A stretch of 64,000 nt of DNA, taken from contig JBKHIT010000003.1 of assembly GCA_046538485.1 (NCBI GenBank), positions 107,871 to 171,870 on the forward strand, written 5' to 3'. Numbering within the stretch: the first letter of the stretch is position 1; every line of letters starts with the position of its first letter. Origin of the DNA: Candidatus Brocadiia bacterium (lineage in GTDB: Bacteria > Planctomycetota > Brocadiia > SM23-32). Of this stretch, positions 29,086 to 39,396 are shown piece after piece. The notes below the pieces were generated by a model. That model saw only the letters and a program-made list of their open reading frames with translations, was not told where the DNA came from and did no database searches. A program made the position numbers and the translations under genes.

Positions 29086-29248
29086 CTCAGATGCTCCCGG
29101 GATTAAATAAGGTCTGAGATGGGCACCATAGCCAGAGCATTAGCAGATCAGGACACTCTCTGAGTGCTTTGCCGCTCGGGCCAGATTTTCGGATGCTACA
29201 CAGATGAAGAATTATATGTTTGGGGGCCTTTTAGAACAAGCGAATGGC

Positions 29249-30022
29249 CTACGTCCCGTCTTTCAACCGATCGGCTGTATGGTCGCTTAAATGTTCGTTC
29301 TGACGGATTTTAGTTGATGCTTTTTCGACGTCATATTCTACTCGGTGGTACCGAATTCCCTCCGCTTGAAGCGTTACATAACACGCCCGGGGATCGCCGT
29401 CTCTGGGCTGACCGACACTGCCGACATTGATAATGGCTTTTTTCTCTTCGGCGGGCCAATAAGGCAAGGAAAGCGCATCTGGCCGAATGAACTCGAAATT
29501 CGAGTTTATTATGCCAGCTTTATGCGTATGTCCCACGAAAGCCACTTTCTCGATGCGATTGAAATTCTCAGAAAGTTTCGTATTCAGTTGTAAGCGGCAA
29601 TCGCGTTCGCGAAGATATTCGTTAACGGGGTTCCGTGGAGAGGCATGAACGAACAGATTATCCTCTTCCACGTATCGGTGGGAGAGGCCTTTCAAGAAAT
29701 CCCACCTCTGCCGTTCGGTGTTGTTCTCGTTGCCACCTTCAGTCCGGGGTGCAGGGCTGAGAATAGAACGATGATACTTGACGGATTTTGCCGCTTCGTC
29801 GCTAAAATTCTCGCTGCCGTAAATGAGAGCGGAATCATGGTTTCCACAAATGACCACTTCACAAGAGCTTCGAATGGCATCAATACACCACGCGGGCTCG
29901 GCTCCGTAGCCCACGATGTCTCCAAGACATATGACTTTTTCGGGATTGAGTGCCAGAATTTCTGCGAGGACAACCGTCAGAGCTTCGCGGTTTGCATGTA
30001 TGTCACTGATGATTGCGATCAT
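29249..30022 (-). CDS. Calcineurin-like metallophosphoesterase
   Basis: SDIHAN, LGDIVGYG, GNHD, VHASP, GHTH, NVGSVGQPRDGDPRA. Confidence 0.9.
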   Translation of the reverse strand: MIAIISDIHANREALTVVLAEILALNPEKVICLGDIVGYGAEPAWCIDAIRSSCEVVICGNHDSALIYGSENFSDEAAKSVKYHRSILSPAPRTEGGNENNTERQRWDFLKGLSHRYVEEDNLFVHASPRNPVNEYLRERDCRLQLNTKLSENFNRIEKVAFVGHTHKAGIINSNFEFIRPDALSLPYWPAEEKKAIINVGSVGQPRDGDPRACYVTLQAEGIRYHRVEYDVEKASTKIRQNEHLSDHTADRLKDGT

Positions 30023-30255
30023 ATTTCTTGGCGTTCTGATGCAATAAATATTTCGATCTGATTATAGATTGTAAGGGGCCGATTAGGAGTTGTCATCTGA
30101 GGACGGAGGAAAGGTATGCATTTGTTGCGAAAAATTCGCTCTGGAGGTATAATTATAGGGCAAGCAAAGATGGTTCCTGACCTCTTCCAACAGAGGATAG
30201 AAGGGAATTGACGAGTGAAGGAACTAAGTTATAACCTCCGGCGAGGTAACTGCTT

Positions 30256-30666
30256 ATGTTTGATTGTGACAAATTAATGAGGTGTCCGGATTGCAGTTAC
30301 GAGGGGCAATGGCAGCGATTCCGGGCGCAGACTTCTCTTTTCAAGCTTCCTTTCCGCTGCCCGTCCTGTGGCAAATACCTTTTCAGGGTTTGGAACTGGA
30401 AAGCCCCATTAGCTTACATTGTTTTAGTGACCGGTTTGCTTGTTTTATGGGAAGTCCGCACCGTTTACCAGATTCCGGTCGACGTCTTGTGGGTCCTTGG
30501 TTTCCATGCTTTTTACGTCCATTTTGAGGGAGCATTAATACAAGACTTACGGTTAGCTCGGAAAGGGCGCAGGCTTTTCCACACGGTTTTGAAAGCTGTT
30601 TTGGTGGTGGTCGGTGCGGCTCTGCTTATAGCTTCTTTTGTTCTTCTGGCCCCGACTTTAAGTTAA
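30256..30666 (+). CDS. Hypothetical membrane protein with N-terminal zinc ribbon
   Basis: GAGG RBS; CPDC...CPSC; about 3 hydrophobic segments. Confidence 0.6.
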   Translation: MFDCDKLMRCPDCSYEGQWQRFRAQTSLFKLPFRCPSCGKYLFRVWNWKAPLAYIVLVTGLLVLWEVRTVYQIPVDVLWVLGFHAFYVHFEGALIQDLRLARKGRRLFHTVLKAVLVVVGAALLIASFVLLAPTLS

Positions 30667-30703
30667 GAATCCTGTCGGGTTCTATGGGGGGTATGCCACA
30701 CAA

Positions 30704-32098
30704 TTATTCCAGGAGTTCTGCGGCTTTCTCAGCCAGTTCCGGAATATTCTGGATGACCAGTTCCACGAGTTCTTCGTCGCTCATTACAGCAACACGACCC
30801 TCCTCGTATTGTTTGGCAACATCCTGGTAAATCTCTGATACCTCGGGATTGTTTTTGTCCACCTTGGAATTGTCTTCGAGTTCGAGCTTGGTATTTATCC
30901 AGTAGGCAATACCGGCCCGTCCACTTTTGTCTGTGATCCGGATGCCTGGTTTGACATTGAGGATCTCTTCGGTGTCGAAAATCGTATAAACACGTTTGTC
31001 TTTTTCCATCGCATCAATGTGGATTCCCGCAAGTGTTGTATTGAACCGGGAACCGGCGAAAGGTTGCTGCGGTGGGATGTCATAACCAATTTCAACCTTG
31101 AAATAATGGGCGAGTTCGGTGATCACTTCTGTGTTGATATCCTCATCGTCTCCTCGGAGTGCCAGGTGTTCCATCACCATACCCTCCAGAGGGGCATTCC
31201 CCGTGCGCTCACCCACGCCGAATAGGGTCGAGTTTGTGGCGCTGCAGCCGTACAACCAGGCTATTGCTGAATTGACCAGGACCTTATGAAAATCGTTATG
31301 CCCATGCCATTCCAGCCATTCGCTCGGGAACCCGGCGTAACATTGCAGGCCGTAAATGATACCGGGGACGCTCCGGGGCAGGGAAGCACCCGGGTAAGGG
31401 ACTCCGAACCCCATTGTATCGCACGCCCGGATTTTGATCGGCACTCCACTCTCGTCCGCGAGTTTTCGCAGTTCAATGGCGAAAGGCACAACGAACCCGT
31501 AAAAATCGGCCCGGGTGATGTCTTCAAAATGGCATCGCGGTTTTATACCTTCGTTGAGGGCTGATTTGACGATGGATAGGTAGCGTTCCATCGCTTTCTT
31601 GCGGTTAAAACCTTCCCACTTGCCAAAAATATGGTAGTCCGAGACGCTGGTGAGGATACCCGTTTCTTCCAGCCCCATTGAGTTGACCAGATCGAAATCA
31701 CGTGGGTGGGCTCGAATCCAACCGGTCACGTGGGGATATTCGTAATCCAGTTCCAGGCATTTTTCGACCGCTTCTCGATCTCGATCCTGGTAGAGGAAAA
31801 ACTCACACTGTCGAATGAGACCTTTCTCGCCTCCGAGACGATGCAGCATTTTGTAGACTTCCACTACTTGATCGGCTGTGAAGGGAGGCATTGCCTGCTG
31901 ACCGTCTCGGAACGTCGTATCGGTGATCCATGTCTCTTGAGCGGGCCGCATCGGAACATGGCGGTGGTTGAAAGGAATCTGGGGAACCTCCCCATCCGGA
32001 AATACATCATCAAAGTACTCCGGATAGTCCATATTTTGGAGCACGAAATTGTGTTCTTCTCTTTGAAGTGTGCGTGTGTGCTCGTTGTATCTCAGCAT
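30704..32098 (-). CDS. DRE-TIM metallolyase, Re-citrate synthase-like (homocitrate/isopropylmalate synthase family)
   Basis: WITDTTFRDGQQA, RLGG..GLIRQCEFFLY, SVSDYHIF, RCHFEDITRAD, WHGHNDF, GERTGN. Confidence 0.8.
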   Translation of the reverse strand: MLRYNEHTRTLQREEHNFVLQNMDYPEYFDDVFPDGEVPQIPFNHRHVPMRPAQETWITDTTFRDGQQAMPPFTADQVVEVYKMLHRLGGEKGLIRQCEFFLYQDRDREAVEKCLELDYEYPHVTGWIRAHPRDFDLVNSMGLEETGILTSVSDYHIFGKWEGFNRKKAMERYLSIVKSALNEGIKPRCHFEDITRADFYGFVVPFAIELRKLADESGVPIKIRACDTMGFGVPYPGASLPRSVPGIIYGLQCYAGFPSEWLEWHGHNDFHKVLVNSAIAWLYGCSATNSTLFGVGERTGNAPLEGMVMEHLALRGDDEDINTEVITELAHYFKVEIGYDIPPQQPFAGSRFNTTLAGIHIDAMEKDKRVYTIFDTEEILNVKPGIRITDKSGRAGIAYWINTKLELEDNSKVDKNNPEVSEIYQDVAKQYEEGRVAVMSDEELVELVIQNIPELAEKAAELLE

Positions 32099-32363
32099 GG
32101 CTACAGGTTTCTTTCATAATAATTGTGTATGCGTGTACAGAGAACCCCGCCGGCTTTGGCTGCCCGTCCAGGTGCGAACACGATTTCCCAGAATATGAAA
32201 TCCAATCATATACAATATCCGCCGGGACCTGACTTCGCAAACGAACCTGACCACAGAGCAGCAGTCCGATAAAAAGTTGCGAGGTTGACAGAGAAACCTT
32301 TGGCTTTCTTGTTTCGTCTGACCTACAATAAAGCCAAATCCTAAAAATCAGATCACTGAGTTT

Positions 32364-33512
32364 ATGGAAAAAAGAATCCTATATGTCAGCGCAGGAGGCC
32401 GAATCAGCGGGGCGGAGAGGAGCCTGCTTGAGCTTGTGAGTGGGCTTAATGGGCAAGAGTATGTCTTAAACGCCGCGGCCCCTCAAGTTGGGGTTTTGTC
32501 CGCCCAGCTGGCCGAAGCAGGAGTTAAGGTCCACCGTGGGTTACAGTTCCGCCCGCAGAAGAGTTGGTCCCCTGTGGCAATGGCATCTCTGGCCAGCCAG
32601 TGGGCGCGGGCTGTAAAGCGGGTGGTTAGAATTGCAGAAGAGTGTGGCGCGCAAATGATTCATTCCAACAATACCGCCGCCCAGTGTATAGGGGGGCCGG
32701 CCTCGGCGTTCGCTCATATCCCCTGTCTCTGGCATGTGCGAGATTTTCAGTCAGCAGGCCCTCTCGATCATGTGCTGAAGGGAACCTCTGAAATAGCTGT
32801 CTGCGCCAGCCACGCCCTAAAGCATTACCTGGATGAAATTGCGGGCGGTCAAATCAAAAAAAAGGTTATTCACAATGCCATCGATTCTGACAGCTTTACC
32901 CGCGATGCCAATCCGGGAGCGTTTCGAGAAGAAATGAAATTGAGTGCCAATACTCCCGTCATGCTGATGGTTGGACAACTGGTCCCGTGGAAACGGCACG
33001 ACACATTTATAGAAACTCTGGCTGTCATTTCAGAAATGTATCCCCAAATACACGGTGCCATAGCAGGAGAAGATCTCTTTGGAGAACATTCATGGTACGA
33101 AAGGCGTCTCCAATCTTTGGCTCATAGGCTACACGTCGAATCGCAGATGCATTTCCTCGGATATCGAAACGATGTTGCTACCCTTATGGCCGATGCCGAT
33201 GTGCTTGTCGTGCCGAGTGAAAAAGAGCCATTCGGGCGTGTCGCTCTGGAGGCGATGGCCATGGAAACGCCAGTGGTTGCAACAAGAGCCGGTGGCCTTA
33301 AGGAAATAGTCGAAGATGGGGAAACCGGCTGGCTGGTTCCTGTCGGTGATATAGAACGCACGGCAAATGCTATCAAGAAGGTGCTGGAAGATCCAGATCT
33401 TGCGGTGCAGATGGGCCAGAAAGGAAGACAACGTGTCATCGAACATTTCAACCGCGACGAGCATGTCCGGCAGATTGCTGAAATCTACGAACAAATTCTT
33501 GCGGCGGAATAA
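32364..33512 (+). CDS. Glycosyltransferase family 4
   Basis: SGAERSL, WHVRD, VGQLVPWKRH, FLGYRNDV, EPFGRVALEAMA. Confidence 0.9.
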   Translation: MEKRILYVSAGGRISGAERSLLELVSGLNGQEYVLNAAAPQVGVLSAQLAEAGVKVHRGLQFRPQKSWSPVAMASLASQWARAVKRVVRIAEECGAQMIHSNNTAAQCIGGPASAFAHIPCLWHVRDFQSAGPLDHVLKGTSEIAVCASHALKHYLDEIAGGQIKKKVIHNAIDSDSFTRDANPGAFREEMKLSANTPVMLMVGQLVPWKRHDTFIETLAVISEMYPQIHGAIAGEDLFGEHSWYERRLQSLAHRLHVESQMHFLGYRNDVATLMADADVLVVPSEKEPFGRVALEAMAMETPVVATRAGGLKEIVEDGETGWLVPVGDIERTANAIKKVLEDPDLAVQMGQKGRQRVIEHFNRDEHVRQIAEIYEQILAAE

Positions 33513-33756
33513 TAGGGCTGATTTGAAAGATTTTGAACGTCCTGCGGGGGGACGTTTTGGCGTGATTTTCGTGGGACTGTTTTTCTCTGGATAATTTTTA
33601 TCGGTGCAACACGAAACAATATTGAAAAGGGGCAAAGGAGTCCCTCTTGAAAAAGGAGACGCTTGCGCTTTTTCGCCGGGCCAACTATAAATGATGAGAG
33701 TGCGCGGAGTTTACCTGTCCTGGACCCTCCGGAATCAACAAAAGAGAGGCGAAAAA

Positions 33757-34920
33757 TTGCAGCATCCCGAAAGAGAAGATGATCCTGAACTGGAAGACAT
33801 TCTCCCGTTTCACAAGCGCGGCAAAACTCGCATGGTGAGCCGATGCGAACTTAAAACTGTTTCAGACCTGAGGCGAATCTACACGCCGGGTGTGGCTAAA
33901 GTGAGCCAGTTGATTGAAGCGGAACCGAAGCAAATTTACTCGCACACTTCGATCGGAGATACCGTTGCCGTGATGACAAACGGGACGGCAGTTCTGGGCC
34001 TGGGAGATGTCGGCGTTCAGGCGTCTATGCCGGTTATGGAAGGGAAAGCCGTCATATTGATGGAAATGGTCGATATCAGTGCAATCCCACTTTTGGTCGA
34101 TACCCACGACGCGGAGGAGTTTGTACAGACGGCTTCTCTTGTCTCTCCAACGTTCGGTGCCATTCTTCTGGAGGATATTGCAGCTCCTTTGTGCTTCGAG
34201 ATCGAAAATGAATTGAAAGCCAAGCTCGATATAGCGGTATTCCACGACGATCAGCACGGGACAGCGGTCGTGGTTCTCGGCGCTCTGATCAATGCACTCA
34301 ATCACACAGGTAAAGAACCCGAGGAGGTGACTGCTGTGATTAATGGAGCCGGTGCAGCGGGATGGGCAATAGCGCGGTTCCTGCTGGAGTACGGTGTGAA
34401 CGATGTTGTTCTATGTGATCGTTCAGGGGCCATTTACCGCGGTCGCGATGAACATATGAATGAGGTCAAACAGAAGATCGCGAAAGATACAAATCGATCG
34501 GAGGAGCAGGGTTCCCTCGCGGAGGTGATGGAAAGCAAAGATCTGTTCATCGGAGTGAGCGCAGCGGGCTTGGCCAGCAAAGATATGGTCCGGTCAATGG
34601 CGCCTGATCCGATTGTTTTTGCAATGGCGAATCCAATCCCGGAGATCTGGCCGGACGAAGCGATCGACGCTGGCGCCGCGGTTGCGACAGATGGCCGCCA
34701 TCTGAACAATGCTCTGGGTTTCCCGGGCATCTTTCGGGGCGCTTTAGATGCGCGAGCCAGCGATATAAATGATGCCATGAAAATTGCCGCATCCCGGACC
34801 CTTGCTAATCTGGCTCCAGAGGGCGAACTCGTGCCCGATTTTATGGACCGTGCTGTCCACCAAAAGGTGGCAGCGGCGGTATGTGAAGCTGCACGGGACA
34901 GCGGTGTGGCAAGAATTTGA
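33757..34920 (+). CDS. NAD(P)-dependent malic enzyme (short type)
   Basis: YTPGVA, TNGTAVLGLGD, PVMEGKA, LEDIAAP.CF, FHDDQHGTA, NGAGAAG, FAMANP.PEI; start uncertain (33691 or 33757). Confidence 0.92.
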   Translation: MQHPEREDDPELEDILPFHKRGKTRMVSRCELKTVSDLRRIYTPGVAKVSQLIEAEPKQIYSHTSIGDTVAVMTNGTAVLGLGDVGVQASMPVMEGKAVILMEMVDISAIPLLVDTHDAEEFVQTASLVSPTFGAILLEDIAAPLCFEIENELKAKLDIAVFHDDQHGTAVVVLGALINALNHTGKEPEEVTAVINGAGAAGWAIARFLLEYGVNDVVLCDRSGAIYRGRDEHMNEVKQKIAKDTNRSEEQGSLAEVMESKDLFIGVSAAGLASKDMVRSMAPDPIVFAMANPIPEIWPDEAIDAGAAVATDGRHLNNALGFPGIFRGALDARASDINDAMKIAASRTLANLAPEGELVPDFMDRAVHQKVAAAVCEAARDSGVARI

Positions 34921-34951
34921 CCGTGTTGAAAAAGAAAGCCATTTCATTCCA

Positions 34952-36226
34952 TTGACGACTTTTTATGTCGAAACATTCGGTTGTCGTTCCAACCAGTACG
35001 ATTCCCAGCGTCTCCGTGAGGCGTTGCAGGAAGTCGGCCTGCAAGGGGCGAGCAATACCCGGAATACCGATCTTATAATTGTCAATACCTGTACCGTAAC
35101 CCATACGGCATCTCGGAAGGCCCGGCGCCGTTTGAGAGAACTTGTCCGGGAATGCCCGCAATCAAAAGTTTATGCCACCGGCTGCTATGCTTCAGCTGAT
35201 CCTGAGGAACTCGGCGAGATCGAGGGGCTGGCCGGTGTCTACGGGCGTGAGCAGTGGGAGGAATTGCTGGAGGCAGCGACCGGCGAAAAAGCACACGATT
35301 CCCGGCGTGTAAAAGGGGATTTCGGAATCAGGTCATTTACAGGGCGAAGCCGGGCGCTTTTGAAAGTGCAGGAGGGATGTGACTTTTTCTGTGCCTACTG
35401 CATAGTGCCGTTCGTCCGTGGTGAACCGAGAAGCCGACCGCTTCAGGAAGCGGTCAAGGAAGCTCAACGGCTGATCTCCCGAGGATTCAGGGAGATTGTC
35501 CTGACCGGTATCCATCTCGGGCTCTATGGACGCGATAGACCGGATGACGAGAATCTCCCGAACCTTGTCCGTTCTCTTGCAGACTTGCCCGGCCTGGAAC
35601 GCCTCAGGCTGAGTTCGATCGAGGCCGTTGAGGTTGATGAACTTTTGCTCAAGGCAATGGAACACCCGTCCGTTTGCCAGCACCTCCATCTTGCCCTGCA
35701 GAGTGGGGACGACGAAACTCTTGAGCGGATGGGACGGCGCTATACGTCGGCGGATTTTATGGAACGGGTGGGAATGATTCGTGACCATCTGGAAAACCCC
35801 GCTATTTCCGGTGACGTAATTGTGGGTTTCCCGGGGGAGACGGATAAGGCTTTTGCAAAGACAATGGAGGTCTGCCGGAAAGTGGCGTTCAGTCGAATGC
35901 ACATCTTCCGATACAGCGTAAGGCCCGGAACTCGGGCTGCTGAGATGCCCGGACAGGTTCATTCTCGCACAGCAAAAAAACGCTCAAAACAATTGAGAAA
36001 ACTTGCCCGACAACTGTCGCAGGAATGGGCGGAACAATTCGTCGGCAGGAATGTCCGTGTGTTGTTGGAGGAACAAAAGGCTCCCAATTGCTTTACGGGA
36101 TATACGGACCGCTACGTCCGCGCCGAGGTGAGAGGGCAGGGGAGTACCGACCAGGTCCGCCACGCAGAAATAAGATCGGCCAGAAACTCCAAATTGCAGG
36201 GAGACTTGATCGAATTACAAAGTTAA
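34952..36226 (+). CDS. mtaB: tRNA t6A37 methylthiotransferase MtaB
   Basis: TFGCRSNQYDS, NTCTVT, TGCYA, LKVQEGCDFFCAYC, EIVLTGIHLG, RLRLSSIE, YSVRPGT; start approximate. Confidence 0.9.
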   Translation: MTTFYVETFGCRSNQYDSQRLREALQEVGLQGASNTRNTDLIIVNTCTVTHTASRKARRRLRELVRECPQSKVYATGCYASADPEELGEIEGLAGVYGREQWEELLEAATGEKAHDSRRVKGDFGIRSFTGRSRALLKVQEGCDFFCAYCIVPFVRGEPRSRPLQEAVKEAQRLISRGFREIVLTGIHLGLYGRDRPDDENLPNLVRSLADLPGLERLRLSSIEAVEVDELLLKAMEHPSVCQHLHLALQSGDDETLERMGRRYTSADFMERVGMIRDHLENPAISGDVIVGFPGETDKAFAKTMEVCRKVAFSRMHIFRYSVRPGTRAAEMPGQVHSRTAKKRSKQLRKLARQLSQEWAEQFVGRNVRVLLEEQKAPNCFTGYTDRYVRAEVRGQGSTDQVRHAEIRSARNSKLQGDLIELQS

Positions 36227-36331
36227 AACCGAAATTCTTGGTTTAGTCCCTTATGTCGCTTACGTCTCTTCTGTCCCTTTAATCCTGCCTGTGGTGCTAA
36301 CAAATCATCCCAAGTCATTTTCATTCCACCC

Positions 36332-37018
36332 TCACGCAAGCGACCGGCTTATAATGCTACAGAGTTCGATGGCAATCTCGGACTTTGTGCCGGGTTCAGC
36401 CAGTATACTTCCTTGTCGATTCACGATGATAGCCGGATGCTTTTCATCGCGGATTTCTGAAAGGTTGTTTCCGACGGCGAGATCGGCCCGGCTGTTTCGA
36501 ATCAATGACGTTGCGATTTCCCGGAGCCTGTCGCGGCTTTCATCAATTTCCAGTTTGAAACCAACGAGCAGGGTTCGCGGGCTCCAATCCTTGATCTGAC
36601 GAATAACTTTCGGAGTCCGACTCAACTGCAGCGTCAGTCGATCCTTACCGGATGCTATTTTCCGAGTGTGGTCGGCCTCCGGCACATAATCAAGAACTGC
36701 CATGGCATGGATAACGGCAACGTAGCGCTGTTTCTTGCTGAGTTCGTTTTCAAGAGTCTGCAGGAGGTCAAAAACCGTTTCAATTCGTTCGATGCGCAAT
36801 CGATTCCATTCTTCGGAGGATACATCCTCGGGTTCAGGAACGATGCTGTCGGGTCCCGCGAGCATTGTAACGTGTGCGCCAAGCGCCACCGCCTCAATGG
36901 CTATGCGGGAGCCAAGTTTCCCCGAGGAACGATTGCTGATATACCGCACGGCATCGATGTCGGCCCGTGTAGGGCCACTGGTGATCAAAATACGCTTTTC
37001 GTCAAGAGAAGGGGACAT
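36332..37018 (-). CDS. coaB: Stand-alone phosphopantothenate--cysteine ligase (CoaB-like)
   Basis: ILITSGPTRADIDAVRYISNRSSGKLG, HAMAVLDY, LVGFKLE. Confidence 0.8.
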   Translation of the reverse strand: MSPSLDEKRILITSGPTRADIDAVRYISNRSSGKLGSRIAIEAVALGAHVTMLAGPDSIVPEPEDVSSEEWNRLRIERIETVFDLLQTLENELSKKQRYVAVIHAMAVLDYVPEADHTRKIASGKDRLTLQLSRTPKVIRQIKDWSPRTLLVGFKLEIDESRDRLREIATSLIRNSRADLAVGNNLSEIRDEKHPAIIVNRQGSILAEPGTKSEIAIELCSIISRSLA

Positions 37019-37039
37019 GGTAGGGCTTTCCAGCAGAGG

Positions 37040-37606
37040 TCAGTTCATTTCCAGGAAATTTTGCAATAGTGTAGGACCGTCTTTTGTGAGAAACGATTCG
37101 GGATGGAACTGGACGCCCTCCAAAGGATATTCAACGTGCCGGATCCCCATTATCTCATCTTGTTCGGCTCGGGCGGTGACTTCAAAACAGTCAGGAAGGG
37201 ACTCTTCAGGCACTGAGAGGGAATGATAACGTGTGGCTTCGAACGGATTAGGGAGTCCTGCGTAAACGGTTTTGCCGTCATGGGTTATCATACTTGTCTT
37301 GCCGTGCATAAGACGCCTGTGTCGCACAACCTCAGCCCCGAAAGTGTGTGCGATACACTGGTGGCCGAGGCAAACCCCCATCAGCGGTATTTCCCCGGCG
37401 AATCGCTCGACCACTTCATTGGATATCCCTGCCTCAAGAGGTGTGCATGGACCGGGGGAGATAATGATGTGGTCCGGATCTAATTCGCTGATTTCATCGG
37501 TGGCTATTTTATCGTTTCGAAACACCTGAATCTCGGCGCCCAGTTCTCCGAGACGTTGAACGAGATTGTAGGTGAAGGAATCGTAGTTATCGATGATGAG
37601 AATCAT
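37040..37606 (-). CDS. Anthranilate/aminodeoxychorismate synthase component II (glutamine amidotransferase)
   Basis: [37 protein letters not shown]. Confidence 0.93.
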   Translation of the reverse strand: MILIIDNYDSFTYNLVQRLGELGAEIQVFRNDKIATDEISELDPDHIIISPGPCTPLEAGISNEVVERFAGEIPLMGVCLGHQCIAHTFGAEVVRHRRLMHGKTSMITHDGKTVYAGLPNPFEATRYHSLSVPEESLPDCFEVTARAEQDEIMGIRHVEYPLEGVQFHPESFLTKDGPTLLQNFLEMN

Positions 37607-37798
37607 GAAGTAGCTTTCACATTGTTTGCCAGAAGAACATGCATTATTGTCCGGCTCAACAGAAAAAGTCAAATCAGCGTAGAGCGACGCTGTAATAAAG
37701 TACTCCATCTGTTATTTGGTTTGACCGCAATGAATCCATCGGCATAATAGCTTTTTGAGGGAAGAGTGAGAGAGCAAAATTCGTTTCGGAGGGACATC

Positions 37799-38473
37799 AT
37801 GTGTCCGGTACCTTCCAAGATGTGCGTGGCTGCCGATGTTGCAGCATTTCGCTGCCTGGCGGAGAAAGAACTTGAAATCCTGCTGGTGGAGCGCGGAAAC
37901 GATCCTTACAAAGGAATGTGGGCTCTGCCCGGTGGTTTTGTTGAACTGGATGAAGATCTGGATGATGCCGCCAGGCGAGAACTCAAAGAGGAAACCGGTT
38001 TGGAACCCGTGGCCATTTCGCAGGTGGGAGCCTGGGGGGCTCCCGGCCGCGATCCGAGAGGCCGGACGGTTAGCGCAGTATACCTCGGCACAACTCGGGC
38101 CGGGTCTGACCAGGTCGAAGGGGCGGATGATGCGGCAGCGGCCGGTTGGCATCCGGTAAGTTCACCGCCTGCGCTCGCTTTCGACCATGATGAAATTCTC
38201 GCAGCCTGTGTGAAAGAAATGCACAGGCTTTGTGAACGAACGCACCTTGCGCTGTCTTTTCTGCCGGACTCATTTATGCCCGGCGAACTGGCGACCGTTC
38301 TGAAGAAGCTGGGTGTGAGACACCCGGAAGATGCGGCGGCTCGTCTGATATCCGCCGCGGAGGTTGAGCAGATGCAAGGTGAAGAGTCGGGATACGGCGT
38401 CGTTGCGGATTCTTTTCTGGAAAATCTCCGAGAACCAGTTCTGATGTTTCCTGTGGGTAATAAGAACAGGTAA
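37799..38473 (+). CDS. NUDIX hydrolase, NrtR-like
   Basis: WALPGGFV...AARRELKEETGL Nudix box, RDPRGR, LAFDH; short C-terminal extension. Confidence 0.8.
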   Translation: MCPVPSKMCVAADVAAFRCLAEKELEILLVERGNDPYKGMWALPGGFVELDEDLDDAARRELKEETGLEPVAISQVGAWGAPGRDPRGRTVSAVYLGTTRAGSDQVEGADDAAAAGWHPVSSPPALAFDHDEILAACVKEMHRLCERTHLALSFLPDSFMPGELATVLKKLGVRHPEDAAARLISAAEVEQMQGEESGYGVVADSFLENLREPVLMFPVGNKNR

Positions 38474-38475
38474 AA

Positions 38476-39315
38476 ATGATGCACTTTACTAAGATGCATG
38501 GGATTGGGAACGATTATGTCTTTGTGAACGCCTTTGAACAGTCGATCGAGGATCCGCCGGATCTCGCCAGGAAAATGGCGCGCCGACATTTTGGGATCGG
38601 ATCCGACGGCCTGATTCTGATTGGACCATCCGAAAAAGCCGATGTTGAGATGAGGATTTTTAATGCCGACGGCAGCGAAGCCGAAATGTGCGGCAACGGT
38701 ATCCGATGCGTTGGGAAATACGTCTACGATCGAGGTGTTTGCGAAAAAGAAACCTTTCGGGTGGAGACAAAAGCCGGTGTCCGTACGATCGAGCTTCTAA
38801 CTGAGAATGGGCGAGCCGTTGGCGCAACCGTCAATATGGGCGAGCCAGGCCTCACCAGAGCGGAAATACCGATGAGCGGTTCGCCCGACGAACGTGCTGT
38901 CGATATCGACCTGCTGGTGGGGGACCGGAGACTCGAAGTGACGTGCGTTTCGATGGGAAATCCGCACTGCATCGTGCCAGTGGAACAGATCGAGGGCTAT
39001 CCCTGGAAAGAGCTTGGACCGACGGTTGAAAACCATGAGGTCTTTCCAGAAAGGACCAACGTCCATTTCGTTCAAACGGAATCGCCGGGCGAAGTGACGA
39101 TGGCGACGTGGGAGCGGGGGAGTGGTGTGACACTGGCCTGCGGCACGGGAGCTTCTGCGGTTTGCGTTGCCATGAATTTGCTCGATCAGACGGATCGGAA
39201 AATTCTGGCACATCTACCCGGAGGGGATCTTGAGCTTGTATGGTCCGCGGACGACAATTGCGTTTACATGACCGGTCCGGCGGAAGAAGTGTTCGAAGGA
39301 GAATGGCCGGAGTAG
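38476..39315 (+). CDS. dapF: Diaminopimelate epimerase
   Basis: KMHGIGNDY, NADGSEAEMCGNGIRC, SMGNPH, WERGSGVTLACGTGA. Confidence 0.97.
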   Translation: MMHFTKMHGIGNDYVFVNAFEQSIEDPPDLARKMARRHFGIGSDGLILIGPSEKADVEMRIFNADGSEAEMCGNGIRCVGKYVYDRGVCEKETFRVETKAGVRTIELLTENGRAVGATVNMGEPGLTRAEIPMSGSPDERAVDIDLLVGDRRLEVTCVSMGNPHCIVPVEQIEGYPWKELGPTVENHEVFPERTNVHFVQTESPGEVTMATWERGSGVTLACGTGASAVCVAMNLLDQTDRKILAHLPGGDLELVWSADDNCVYMTGPAEEVFEGEWPE

Positions 39316-39396
39316 CCACCTGAGCAACGCGGAATGGATGCAGATATTGCCAGTTGAATGTTTGTTCGGGGGTTTTTGACCTAACCGGGAGGTCTC

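Noticed and set aside
32100..32360. Possible ZTP-like riboswitch upstream of the Re-citrate-synthase-like gene
   Set aside because: Only a vague GGGCAG resemblance; conserved core and pseudoknot not identifiable.
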